From an uncultured Candidatus Sumerlaeota bacterium (GTDB lineage Bacteria; CAYMEV01): a stretch of 57,785 bases of DNA. The stretch lies in NCBI GenBank assembly GCA_964389675.1, contig CAYMEV010000022.1, positions 1-57,785 of the forward strand. Reading direction: 5' to 3'. The notes beneath the pieces were generated by a model. The model had not been told where the DNA came from. It was given only the letters and a program-made list of their open reading frames with translations, and did no database searches. Position 1 is the first letter of the stretch, and each line of letters opens with the position of its first letter. Shown here piece by piece: positions 47,540 to 56,642 of the stretch. A program made the translations under genes and the position numbers.

Positions 47540-49680
47540 GCAGCATATTGAAGAGCAGTTTTGCTTTTGGAATTATAGTGGGTATTATTGAAGGTGTCAC
47601 AGTTCTGCTTCAGAGTTTAATATCCTCTCCTATGAGGGTAACAGGTGACACACTTGAGAGCATATTGAAGATTCTGTACATGGCGGTTATAAGCAATGTC
47701 TTATTCATTATTATAATGAACTTTACAGTCGGAATGATTTTATATCTTATACTCAGAAAACTTCTCAAGCAGTATGCCAATTATACATTTATCTTTGTAT
47801 CAGGATTTTTTATGGCATTCAATATCCTTTCATATGCCTTTACTACAAGTTATATAATCAATCAGATTTCCCATCCGCTCCCCTTATTCGTGCTTGCAAG
47901 GACAGCTTTTTATTCAGTACTTGTTTCAATCGGAGCAATTATCCTTTACAGATATATTGTAAGCAAATGGGGATGGGAGAAGGCTATAAGGGTTTTCATC
48001 TCGCTTGCTGCGCTTCTGCTTGCGACTATACCTTTTATCCTCCTTATAAACAGGATATATATACCATTTTCATTATCACTAAAAAGCCTTCTTGTGAATA
48101 TTGTCATTCTTATTGCCCTTTTGATATCCTATTTTCTAATGTCATGGATTTACCGGATATTATCAAAGAAATATAAAAAGACATTCATGATTGAGAATCC
48201 TTTAATACCGGCAGTTATGTTCCTGCTGCTGTTAAGCCCTTTTATATACAGCCTTATGGCAGGATCAGACCTGAACCTAAAACCTAAAACAGACCCTGAA
48301 AGGCCCAATGTTGTATTGATATCAGTAGACACTCTCAGGGCTGATGCACTTAAATGCTATGGCAACGAGAAGACAGATACAAATAATATAGACAGTGTTG
48401 CCGCTCAGGGCATAAGGTTCCAGAATGCATATTCACAGGCTCCATGGACCCTGACATCAATAGGGAGCTTCATGACAGGGCTTTATCCAACTGTAAACGG
48501 GCTTAACAAGCCTCTCTTAAGGCTTGATTCAAACAGGGAGACAATTGCAAAGGCGTTCAGGAATGCCGGTTATAATACCGTAGCAGTTGCTACAAATGGA
48601 TGGAACAAGCAAAATTTTGGAATGGACCTTGGTTTTGAGAACTATAATTATCAGGGTGATGCGATGTGGATATTATCATTCAATCATAGCCTGTGGAACA
48701 GGATGTTCATATTTATTTCAACAAAGATCTTTAAGAGCAATGTTATGTACAGTGCCTATAACCCTAATGAAGCCAAGGTTGTAACTGACATCTCCATTAA
48801 AAAACTGGAGGAGTATAAAGACAGCAATTTCTTCATGTGGATACACTACCTTGATCCCCATGATCCGTATACGCCCCCCAGGGAATATCAGAAAAAATTC
48901 TCAAAGGGATATAAGGGCCGATATATGACAAGTTCGGGACGGGTTAACGGATTCAGGACAGGGATAATGCTTGAGGAAAAAGATAAAGCACAGATAGAAA
49001 ACCTTTATCTTGCTGAGGTAGAATATACAGACCGGGAAATAGGGCGTATTATTGACACATTAGATAGGCTGAATCTTGGAGAAAACACAATTGTAGCCCT
49101 GATAGCAGACCATGGAGAAGAGTTCTGGGAGCACAATGGTGTTACCCATGGGCACTGCCTCCACTGGCATCAGCTTCATATACCCTTTATTCTCAGGTGG
49201 AAAGGCAATATTGAACCAAAAGTGATAGAGGACAGGGTAGCACTTCTTGACCTGAAACCCACACTCCTTTCGCTTTGCGGGATACAGGCCGGAGAGATCA
49301 TGCAGGGTTTTGATCTCAGCAGTGTCATTAGAAACGGGGACGAGGATCTGAAGTTAAAACTGAAGGAGAGGGATCTGTATGCTGAGGCATTGATATATTT
49401 TGAGGAGCAGAAGAGCGTATATGATGATAATTATAAATATGTATATTCTGAAGTGACACATAAGGAAGAGCTTTATGACCTGAAAAATGACCCTCTGGAA
49501 AAAATGAACATAATTGCTTCGGAAGAGGAACTGGCCCAGAAATACAGGGATTCAGTAGGAGAATGGCGTACAGTAAGTGAAAACATTGCCGGTACCCTTC
49601 CCAAAGAGGATGCTGATTCAACATCCCACCTGGATGAGGAGACTCTTCAGCAGCTCAGGGCATTGGGCTATATAAATTAG
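47515..49680 (+). CDS. Membrane-anchored sulfatase-like hydrolase/transferase (alkaline phosphatase superfamily)
   Basis: About 7 N-terminal TM helices, then PNVVLISVDTLRAD, APWTLTS, DPHDPY, ADHGE and a C-terminal LRALGY; AAGGAG SD before ATG 47515. Confidence 0.88.
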   Translation: MEKKSGIIGSILKSSFAFGIIVGIIEGVTVLLQSLISSPMRVTGDTLESILKILYMAVISNVLFIIIMNFTVGMILYLILRKLLKQYANYTFIFVSGFFMAFNILSYAFTTSYIINQISHPLPLFVLARTAFYSVLVSIGAIILYRYIVSKWGWEKAIRVFISLAALLLATIPFILLINRIYIPFSLSLKSLLVNIVILIALLISYFLMSWIYRILSKKYKKTFMIENPLIPAVMFLLLLSPFIYSLMAGSDLNLKPKTDPERPNVVLISVDTLRADALKCYGNEKTDTNNIDSVAAQGIRFQNAYSQAPWTLTSIGSFMTGLYPTVNGLNKPLLRLDSNRETIAKAFRNAGYNTVAVATNGWNKQNFGMDLGFENYNYQGDAMWILSFNHSLWNRMFIFISTKIFKSNVMYSAYNPNEAKVVTDISIKKLEEYKDSNFFMWIHYLDPHDPYTPPREYQKKFSKGYKGRYMTSSGRVNGFRTGIMLEEKDKAQIENLYLAEVEYTDREIGRIIDTLDRLNLGENTIVALIADHGEEFWEHNGVTHGHCLHWHQLHIPFILRWKGNIEPKVIEDRVALLDLKPTLLSLCGIQAGEIMQGFDLSSVIRNGDEDLKLKLKERDLYAEALIYFEEQKSVYDDNYKYVYSEVTHKEELYDLKNDPLEKMNIIASEEELAQKYRDSVGEWRTVSENIAGTLPKEDADSTSHLDEETLQQLRALGYIN

Positions 49681-49694
49681 AAAGGAAGATATAT

Positions 49695-50516
49695 ATGCTT
49701 AATGAAAAGCAGATTCTGAAACTTCTTGATAATGTTATCAAAAAAGTGGAGATTGCATCAAGTTATGTGAGATTTGCTTTTGACAGCTACACTACATTTA
49801 ATGATGTAGTGGCAAAGGGAAAAGCTGATTTTGTAACCCAGAGCGATATCAAGACGCAGGAAATCCTTATCAATGAGCTGTCGCCCCTCATAAAAAATGC
49901 TGATATACTTGCTGAAGAGGGCAATATAAGCCTGCTTCAGGAGGGAAAATGGGAATATCAATGGGTAATTGACCCCATTGACGGGACATCCAATTTTATA
50001 CACAAGTTTCCATTTGTAGGGATCAGTGTCGCATTAAGGCACTGTGAACAGGGCCCGGTCCTCGGAGTAATCAGTAATGTGATACTCAGGGATGTATATT
50101 ATGCGACCAAAGGGCAGGGTGCCTATAAAAATGGCAAAAGGCTTGCTGTCTCCAGAAAGGACAATCTAAGGTCATCCTTTCTTGCAACAGGATTTCCTTT
50201 CAGGCACCCGGAGATCATACCGAGGTATGCGAAGCTTTTTGAGGCTGTGATAAGCAAGGTAACAGGACTGAGAAGGGCAGGCAGTGCAGCAATAGACCTT
50301 GCATTGACAGCTGAGGGAATATTTGACGGTTTCTTTGAATATGGCCTGAAACCGTGGGATGTTGCTGCAGGTATTCTTATGGTCAATGAAGCAGGGGGAA
50401 AGGTAACCGGATTTTCTGATAATCAGAATCCCCTCTTTGATGGCAGGATAATAGCTACAAACGGAATTATCCATAAATACCTGCAGGAAGAGATATTAAG
50501 AATATTCAATGAGTAA
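49695..50516 (+). CDS. suhB: Inositol monophosphatase-family protein
   Basis: AEEG, WVIDPIDGTSNF, GSAA and WDVAAG. Confidence 0.92.
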   Translation: MLNEKQILKLLDNVIKKVEIASSYVRFAFDSYTTFNDVVAKGKADFVTQSDIKTQEILINELSPLIKNADILAEEGNISLLQEGKWEYQWVIDPIDGTSNFIHKFPFVGISVALRHCEQGPVLGVISNVILRDVYYATKGQGAYKNGKRLAVSRKDNLRSSFLATGFPFRHPEIIPRYAKLFEAVISKVTGLRRAGSAAIDLALTAEGIFDGFFEYGLKPWDVAAGILMVNEAGGKVTGFSDNQNPLFDGRIIATNGIIHKYLQEEILRIFNE

Positions 50517-53109
50517 AAAGAATCTGTATATTATTGATGGCAATTACATAATATACAGATCCCACTATGCCCTGATCAATCTGAAAAACAGCTCTGGAAT
50601 GCATACAGGAGCTGTTTTCGGGTTTTTAAAAACCATAATAAAGGTAATTTCGGATAAATACCCGCATTACCTTATAATTGCTTTTGACAGCAAGGAAAAA
50701 ACATTCAGGGATCATGTGTATACAGATTATAAAATCAACAGGGCACCCATGCCCAATGAAATCATTGAACAGATACCCATTATTCTTGAGATACTGGACA
50801 GGCTCGGTATCAGGTACCTCATAAGGGATGGATATGAAGCTGATGATATTATAGGGAGCCTTACGGAATTTGCATCCTCGAAAAACCTGAAATCCTATAT
50901 TATTACCAGAGATAAGGATATGATTCAGCTTATGGGGGATAATACAGAAATACTCTACTGTGATGAGAAATGGGAAATAATAGATGATAACTGGGTATTG
51001 AACAAATTCGGCATACAGCCCGGCCAGATAGTAGATTATCTCTCGCTGGTGGGTGATTCCTCCGATCATGTCCCGGGAGTAAAAGGCATTGGGCCAAAAG
51101 GGGCCCAGAAGCTTCTTAAGGAATTCAGCAGCCTGGAAGAGATATATGATAATATTAACAGGATAAATGACCAGAAGCTTTCAAATAAGCTTCTTCAGGA
51201 AAAGGATAATGCATTTCTCTCTAAATCCCTTGTAACCATAGTCAGGGATTTAGAGATTGATATAGATACCGATTCACTTGCTGTTGAAAACATAAATTAT
51301 GAAAATATCTATGATATTCTTGAGGAAATGGAATTTTTCTCCCTTATTAAAGAGCTTAACCTGAATCGCCAGGAGACAAAATCAATCAGCTTTGAGGCTG
51401 TCAATTCACATAAAAGCTGTAAACAGCTGGCCGATAAGATCAGAAAAGCCGGTTTTTTTGCATTCCTTTCTGAACTGGACAGCGCTGCAGGTGAAATATA
51501 TACTGCTGTAACAACTGACGGTACAAAATGTAATCTGCTCAAAACAAGTTCAAAACCGGACAATGCATCTGATCTTGAATCAGAAGTTTCTGATAGTCTA
51601 TGCGGGATCCTTGGTGATGCTGATATCCTGAAGGTTTCATATGAACTGAAGGACACTTCAAAGCTAATATCACCTCAAAACATGTATATTAATATTTTTG
51701 ATACTGGAATAGCATTTTCTCTTCTTGACCCGGATTCAAACACCAGTCTCGAAAATCTTGCACTCAGGTATCTGAAAAGGGAGCTGAAAGATGATGAAGC
51801 AGGCCAGGATCAGCATATGCTCCTGTGCAGAAAGGCATGTGCAATCCATGACCTCTGGAAAATAGCTAAAGACCGGCTCAAAAAAGAGGATCTTTCAAAG
51901 ATATTCTTTGATATAGAGATGCCTCTAATCAGAATTGTTGCTGAAATGGAAAGGTACGGGATAAGGATAGATACCTCTCTCTTAAAAGACCTTGAGAATA
52001 TCATCCTGGAAAAAATAAGGGAAACTGAGGCAGAAATATATGATATAACAGGTTTTGAATTTAATATTAATTCAACAAAGGAGCTTCAGGATATACTTTT
52101 TAATGTGCTTGACCTGAAGGGCAGAAAAAAGGGGAAAACCGGCTATTCCACATCTATTGATGTTTTAAAGGAGCTTTCAGCAAGCCACCCTCTGCCCCGG
52201 AAGATCATAGAATACAGGTCTCTTGCAAAGCTGTTGAATACCTATGTAACGGTTCTTCCATCCCTTGTTGACAGAGAGACAGGAAGGATACATACAAGCT
52301 TCAATCAGAAAAGCATAATTACAGGAAGGCTCTCCTCAAGCAGTCCAAACCTGCAGGCTATACCCATAAGGGGTGAGCTGGGCTCCCAGATAAGGAATGC
52401 TTTTATATCTTCAGACGGCTACAGCCTTATATCAGCTGATTATAGCCAGATCGAACTGCGGGTGCTTGCACATTTTTCACTTGATCCTGTTTTGATAGAA
52501 GCATTCATGGAAGATAAGGATATCCATACAATTACAGCTTCTGCCCTTTTTGCATTTGATGAATCAATGATAACACCTGCCATGAGGAGAACTGCAAAAG
52601 CTGTAAACTTCGGAATAATCTACGGTATCACACCTTTCGGCCTATCAAAGCAGATAGGTATCTCTCAGGCTGAGTCAAAGCACTATATCCGGCTTTTCTT
52701 CAACAGGTATAAAGGTGTAAGGGTATTTATAGACAGGATTATTGAAAAAGCAGCGAAAGATGGATATGTAAAGACACTTTACGGCCGTAAAAGGCCTGTC
52801 CCCCAGCTAAATTCTGCGAATTCAGCAATGAAGAAATTCGGGGAGAGGATCTCAATCAATACAATTATCCAGGGGACAGCCGCTGAAATCATCAAGATAG
52901 CAATGATAAATCTCTACAGCAGTATACAGAACAAGGAAATTGATGCAAAAATGATACTCCAGATACATGATGAAATTCTGTTTGAGGTAAAAAATGAATA
53001 TGTTTCCGATTTTATCAATATAATCAGGAAAGATATGACAGAAAATTTCAGCCTTAATGTCCCCCTTAAGGTCAATATCAACTATGGAAAGAGCTGGGGT
53101 GAAATCTGA
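50509..53109 (+). CDS. polA: DNA polymerase I
   Basis: 5'-3' exonuclease domain (YEADD, GDSSD, GIGPKGA); polymerase motifs DYSQIELR, AKAVNFGIIYG and QIHDE. Confidence 0.96.
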   Translation: MSKKNLYIIDGNYIIYRSHYALINLKNSSGMHTGAVFGFLKTIIKVISDKYPHYLIIAFDSKEKTFRDHVYTDYKINRAPMPNEIIEQIPIILEILDRLGIRYLIRDGYEADDIIGSLTEFASSKNLKSYIITRDKDMIQLMGDNTEILYCDEKWEIIDDNWVLNKFGIQPGQIVDYLSLVGDSSDHVPGVKGIGPKGAQKLLKEFSSLEEIYDNINRINDQKLSNKLLQEKDNAFLSKSLVTIVRDLEIDIDTDSLAVENINYENIYDILEEMEFFSLIKELNLNRQETKSISFEAVNSHKSCKQLADKIRKAGFFAFLSELDSAAGEIYTAVTTDGTKCNLLKTSSKPDNASDLESEVSDSLCGILGDADILKVSYELKDTSKLISPQNMYINIFDTGIAFSLLDPDSNTSLENLALRYLKRELKDDEAGQDQHMLLCRKACAIHDLWKIAKDRLKKEDLSKIFFDIEMPLIRIVAEMERYGIRIDTSLLKDLENIILEKIRETEAEIYDITGFEFNINSTKELQDILFNVLDLKGRKKGKTGYSTSIDVLKELSASHPLPRKIIEYRSLAKLLNTYVTVLPSLVDRETGRIHTSFNQKSIITGRLSSSSPNLQAIPIRGELGSQIRNAFISSDGYSLISADYSQIELRVLAHFSLDPVLIEAFMEDKDIHTITASALFAFDESMITPAMRRTAKAVNFGIIYGITPFGLSKQIGISQAESKHYIRLFFNRYKGVRVFIDRIIEKAAKDGYVKTLYGRKRPVPQLNSANSAMKKFGERISINTIIQGTAAEIIKIAMINLYSSIQNKEIDAKMILQIHDEILFEVKNEYVSDFINIIRKDMTENFSLNVPLKVNINYGKSWGEI

Positions 53110-53157
53110 TTTTTTTATTGACCAATCCTTTTCTTTTGATATATATGATTTCAACAT

Positions 53158-53232
53158 CGGGGCGTAGCGCAGCCTGGTTAGCGTACCTGCCTTGGGAGCA
53201 GGGGGTCGGAAGTTCAAATCTTCCCGCCCCGA
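53158..53232 (+). tRNA. tRNA-Pro(TGG)
   Basis: CGGGGCGTAGCGCAG...CCTGCCT-TGG-GAGCAGG...TTCAAAT...CGCCCCGA. Confidence 0.95.
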
Positions 53233-53245
53233 TTTTTATTTTAGA

Positions 53246-53319
<74 letters not shown>

Positions 53320-53330
53320 TGAAGGTTTGT

Positions 53331-53404
53331 GGTGAGAGTAGCTCAGCTGGTAGAGCACTGGGTTGTGGCCTCAGCGGTCGTGGGTTCGATCCCCATCTCT
53401 CACC
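53331..53404 (+). tRNA. tRNA-His(GTG)
   Basis: G-1:C73 pair; anticodon arm CTGGGTT-GTG-GCCTCAG; TTCGAT T-loop. Confidence 0.94.
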
Positions 53405-53595
53405 CTTTTTTTTTATCTGTATTATTCCTCAAATTTACATCAGACTGCAGTTCATAATGGATAATTCAGGATCTCTTATGTAATATACAGGACAGAGATC
53501 CTGATGATTTAAAATTGGCGGTTCTTTTTATCTTATTTAAATTATTAAACAGGGGTCTGCAAACCTAATTTTTATCAGATTTTATTTTTAAAGTG

Positions 53596-53621
53596 TTAAC
53601 CATAATGGAGTGTTGTTCGTT
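53596..53621 (+). promoter_or_regulatory. Candidate ECF sigma promoter (TTAAC-N17-CGTT)
   Basis: AAC at 53598-53600 and CGT at 53618-53620, just upstream of the ECF operon. Confidence 0.45.
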
Positions 53622-53656
53622 TTAGCTTATGATAATACAAAAAATGGAGGATACAG

Positions 53657-54088
53657 ATGGGAATTACAGAGAATTTAATGATCGTACTGAATACATTAGT
53701 AGTATTTGCTTTTTTGTCCTGGGTTTTTAAGGTTATTCTGGAATGGCGAAAACTAAAGCATAAAAACCAGCTGCACAACAAATTGGTAGACAAATACAGC
53801 AATGTGGAGGAACTGAACGAATTTCTTAAATCAGAGAATGGGATCAACTTTTTTAAGTATCTGTCAGTAGAGGGTGTAGTACCGAAAGAAAGATTGATTA
53901 TATCTATATCAAGGGGAATCATCGCCGGATTTTTAGGTTTTGCCTTTTTAATTCTGGGCCAGATCTTCACAGAAGAAACCGAGTTTTTTGTTGCTTTTGG
54001 CATTCTTATAATTGCATTGGGGCTTGGATTCCTGGTATCTGCTTTTGTATCAGTTAAGCTGAGCAAAAAATGGGGTATCATTGACTGA
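53657..54088 (+). CDS. Membrane protein (3 TM) heading the ECF operon
   Basis: GGAGG SD; hydrophobic segments; overlaps the sigma gene. Confidence 0.7.
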   Translation: MGITENLMIVLNTLVVFAFLSWVFKVILEWRKLKHKNQLHNKLVDKYSNVEELNEFLKSENGINFFKYLSVEGVVPKERLIISISRGIIAGFLGFAFLILGQIFTEETEFFVAFGILIIALGLGFLVSAFVSVKLSKKWGIID

Positions 54089-54722
54089 ATCGGTAAGAAA
54101 GGGAGTGGTTTCATCGGGCGTAAAAGCCGGAAAGTCAAAAAAAAAGCCAGGGGAAGGATTTTATATAGAAAATCCTTCCCATTTAGGTACAATCGAAAAG
54201 ATGGATATCATTCCCGACGAACCTGAAGATGAAGAGAAGAGGTTTGAATGTTTTTATGAGACACATTCAAAACGATTCTGGTATTTTATCTTAAAAATCT
54301 GTGGAGATGAATCAATGGCTGATGATATTTTTCAGGAATCCTATTTCAGGTTCTTAAAAGCAGATCCCCGTGGGATGGCTGATTATCAGCTAAAAGCTTA
54401 TCTGTATAAAATTGCAGTCAGGCTGATTATCGATCATAGAAGAAAGATCCATCTGGAGGAAAAATCGATTTCCAGCCTTAAGGAAAATGAGGGCAAAAAG
54501 CCTGATATTTTGCTCTCCATGGATATGGACAATCTGTTTAAGCATTTGAAACCGGAAGACCGGACGCTGCTATGGCTGGCATATATTGAGGGGTATTCCC
54601 ATCGGGAGATTGCTGATATTATCGGGAAAGGAGAGAAGACTATCAAGGTAAATCTGTACAGGGTGAGGAGAAAATTTGCCGGGATATTGAAAGCAGGAGG
54701 ATACGATGGAGATTTATTATGA
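54081..54722 (+). CDS. ECF RNA polymerase sigma factor
   Basis: ADDIFQESY, YLYKIA, EGYSHREIA and TIKVNLYR. The start may instead be ATG 54201. Confidence 0.92.
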   Translation: MTESVRKGVVSSGVKAGKSKKKPGEGFYIENPSHLGTIEKMDIIPDEPEDEEKRFECFYETHSKRFWYFILKICGDESMADDIFQESYFRFLKADPRGMADYQLKAYLYKIAVRLIIDHRRKIHLEEKSISSLKENEGKKPDILLSMDMDNLFKHLKPEDRTLLWLAYIEGYSHREIADIIGKGEKTIKVNLYRVRRKFAGILKAGGYDGDLL

Positions 54723-55243
54723 GAATATTTAACAAAAAATGCGATCACGAAGCGGATATTATAAAAGCATATTTTGAAAATGATCTAACCGATGCACAGA
54801 AAGCACATATAAGAAGATGCAGGAACTGTCAGGATGCTGTTGCAGTTTATAGCTGGATGAAAAAATATGATGATCTTAATGAGGGATTTTCAAAAGGGGG
54901 AAAAATTCTACCTTCTGCAGGAGATGTATTGATAAGAGCCAGAAACAGGCAGGCATCAAAAATAGAAAAGATAAATAAAATGATGAAATTTCTTAAATTA
55001 GCACAGGGTGCCGTTATATTTTGCTTTGTATCAGGGGCGATTTTCTTGATTGCCGGAAAAGCAGATCAGATAAAATCCCTTGTCTGTAATGCTATATTGG
55101 AGTGCTCTCCTCTAAGCAATTTATCATTGTTTTTCAGTGCTCTGACAAAATCACTGCCATTTCTTTCAATTCCTTTTGCATTGATTTTCTTTCTGTTTCT
55201 GAATTATTCTATCTTTTCATTCTTCTATCCGGAAAAGACCTGA
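54719..55243 (+). CDS. Zinc-binding anti-sigma factor (ZAS) with TM helices
   Basis: HIRRCRNC (HxxxCxxC); ATGA overlap with the sigma gene. Confidence 0.8.
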   Translation: MRIFNKKCDHEADIIKAYFENDLTDAQKAHIRRCRNCQDAVAVYSWMKKYDDLNEGFSKGGKILPSAGDVLIRARNRQASKIEKINKMMKFLKLAQGAVIFCFVSGAIFLIAGKADQIKSLVCNAILECSPLSNLSLFFSALTKSLPFLSIPFALIFFLFLNYSIFSFFYPEKT

Positions 55244-55294
55244 TATTACTTTTTGCCGGGGATCTGTTTTCCTCTTTCCAGATGTGAGGGTAAC

Positions 55295-56623
55295 TTATTC
55301 CTTTTTTCCTGTAAACCATTGGTCAAGATTAATAATCTGATGCATCAGCACTGCAATGATTGTTGAAGTAGGGAGAGGGTCTGTAAAAAAGGCCTGTATA
55401 AAATGGGGAGCGCGTGCATACAGAGATGGCAAAAAGCCGGTACTCAATCCGAAGAACAGAGAAATTCCTATTACAAATGTCTTGCGCGGGTCCCATTTTT
55501 CATTGAACATCTCAATCAGGCCTGTGCAGATCATGAAACAGCCTGAAAATATTACTGATGCACCAAGAACAGGCTTTGGCATTACTGAAAGAGCCAGCAG
55601 CAATTTTGGGAAAAAAGCAAGAAAAGTAAAAATAATGCCTGCTGTAAAGCATATCCATCTGCTTGTAATCCTGGTAGCAGCAGCAAGCCCTATATTGCTC
55701 GAAGATGTATCAACTGCCATGCCGCCTAAAACACCGGATAATAAAGTGGATAATCCGTCAGTCATAAGTCCGTTCCTAAGCGGTTTGAAATTCAGTTTTT
55801 TCAGGTCAGGTTCAGAAATCTTCTGGGCAGCAAGCAGATTTCCAAATGATTTTATGGATCCGCTTATACCCACTACCAGAACCGGCAAAAGCAGCTTCAG
55901 GTCAAATTTTATATCCAGAAATTTAGAGCTGTAGCTTGGAAAAGCAAACCATGAGCTTTCTTTTACTATTAATAAATCATGCATATAATCCGGTACAAGG
56001 ATCAAGGCAGTGATCCATCCCGCAATCATTCCTATAAGAAGGCAGTACATCTTGAGAAAGCCCTTGCCCCATACATTGCTTAAAACCATGATCATCAATG
56101 TTATAAATCCAATCAGGATTGCATTATTGTTGATTGAATCTTCAAAATAAGCAATACCGAAAAAGGAAGAGACAGCACTGCTGATCACACTGATACCTAC
56201 CATGGCAACAACGAGGCCTACTATATACCCTGGGAATACCCTTTTTAATTTTTGAATCAGAGGAGCCATTATCATTTCGATAATTCCAGCGACAATTATA
56301 ATGCCTCTCATCAGGGGCAATCCGCCAGTCCAGGCAGCTGAAAGGGATAGGCTGAAATAGGATGGACCGCATAGATTAGGACAGAGGTAACCTGAGCCAA
56401 GGTACCTGAATCTTAGAGACTGCAGGATAGAGCCAATTCCTGCTGAAATCATTGAAAATGCAATTAAGGCTGAAGTAAATTCAGGGGAAGCATTCAGCTG
56501 GCTTGCAAAAATGATCGGCAGGGTAAGGGACATTACCATGAGCATAATATGCTGGAAAGACAGTGCAAGGAGATGACCCGCAGGGGGGATCTCATTCAGT
56601 GAATATTCATATTTTTTTGCCAT
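55295..56623 (-). CDS. NCS2/NAT nucleobase permease-family transporter
   Basis: QH motif in TM1, multiple TM helices, SNIGLAAATR signature and PKPVLGA. Confidence 0.88.
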   Translation of the reverse strand: MAKKYEYSLNEIPPAGHLLALSFQHIMLMVMSLTLPIIFASQLNASPEFTSALIAFSMISAGIGSILQSLRFRYLGSGYLCPNLCGPSYFSLSLSAAWTGGLPLMRGIIIVAGIIEMIMAPLIQKLKRVFPGYIVGLVVAMVGISVISSAVSSFFGIAYFEDSINNNAILIGFITLMIMVLSNVWGKGFLKMYCLLIGMIAGWITALILVPDYMHDLLIVKESSWFAFPSYSSKFLDIKFDLKLLLPVLVVGISGSIKSFGNLLAAQKISEPDLKKLNFKPLRNGLMTDGLSTLLSGVLGGMAVDTSSSNIGLAAATRITSRWICFTAGIIFTFLAFFPKLLLALSVMPKPVLGASVIFSGCFMICTGLIEMFNEKWDPRKTFVIGISLFFGLSTGFLPSLYARAPHFIQAFFTDPLPTSTIIAVLMHQIINLDQWFTGKKE

Positions 56624-56642
56624 AAATTATCATCCTGTTTTA

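Noticed and set aside
53596-54192. 198-aa minus-strand ORF (likewise 55356..55934 on the plus strand)
   Set aside because: Antisense to well-supported membrane-protein genes that have an SD and operon context.
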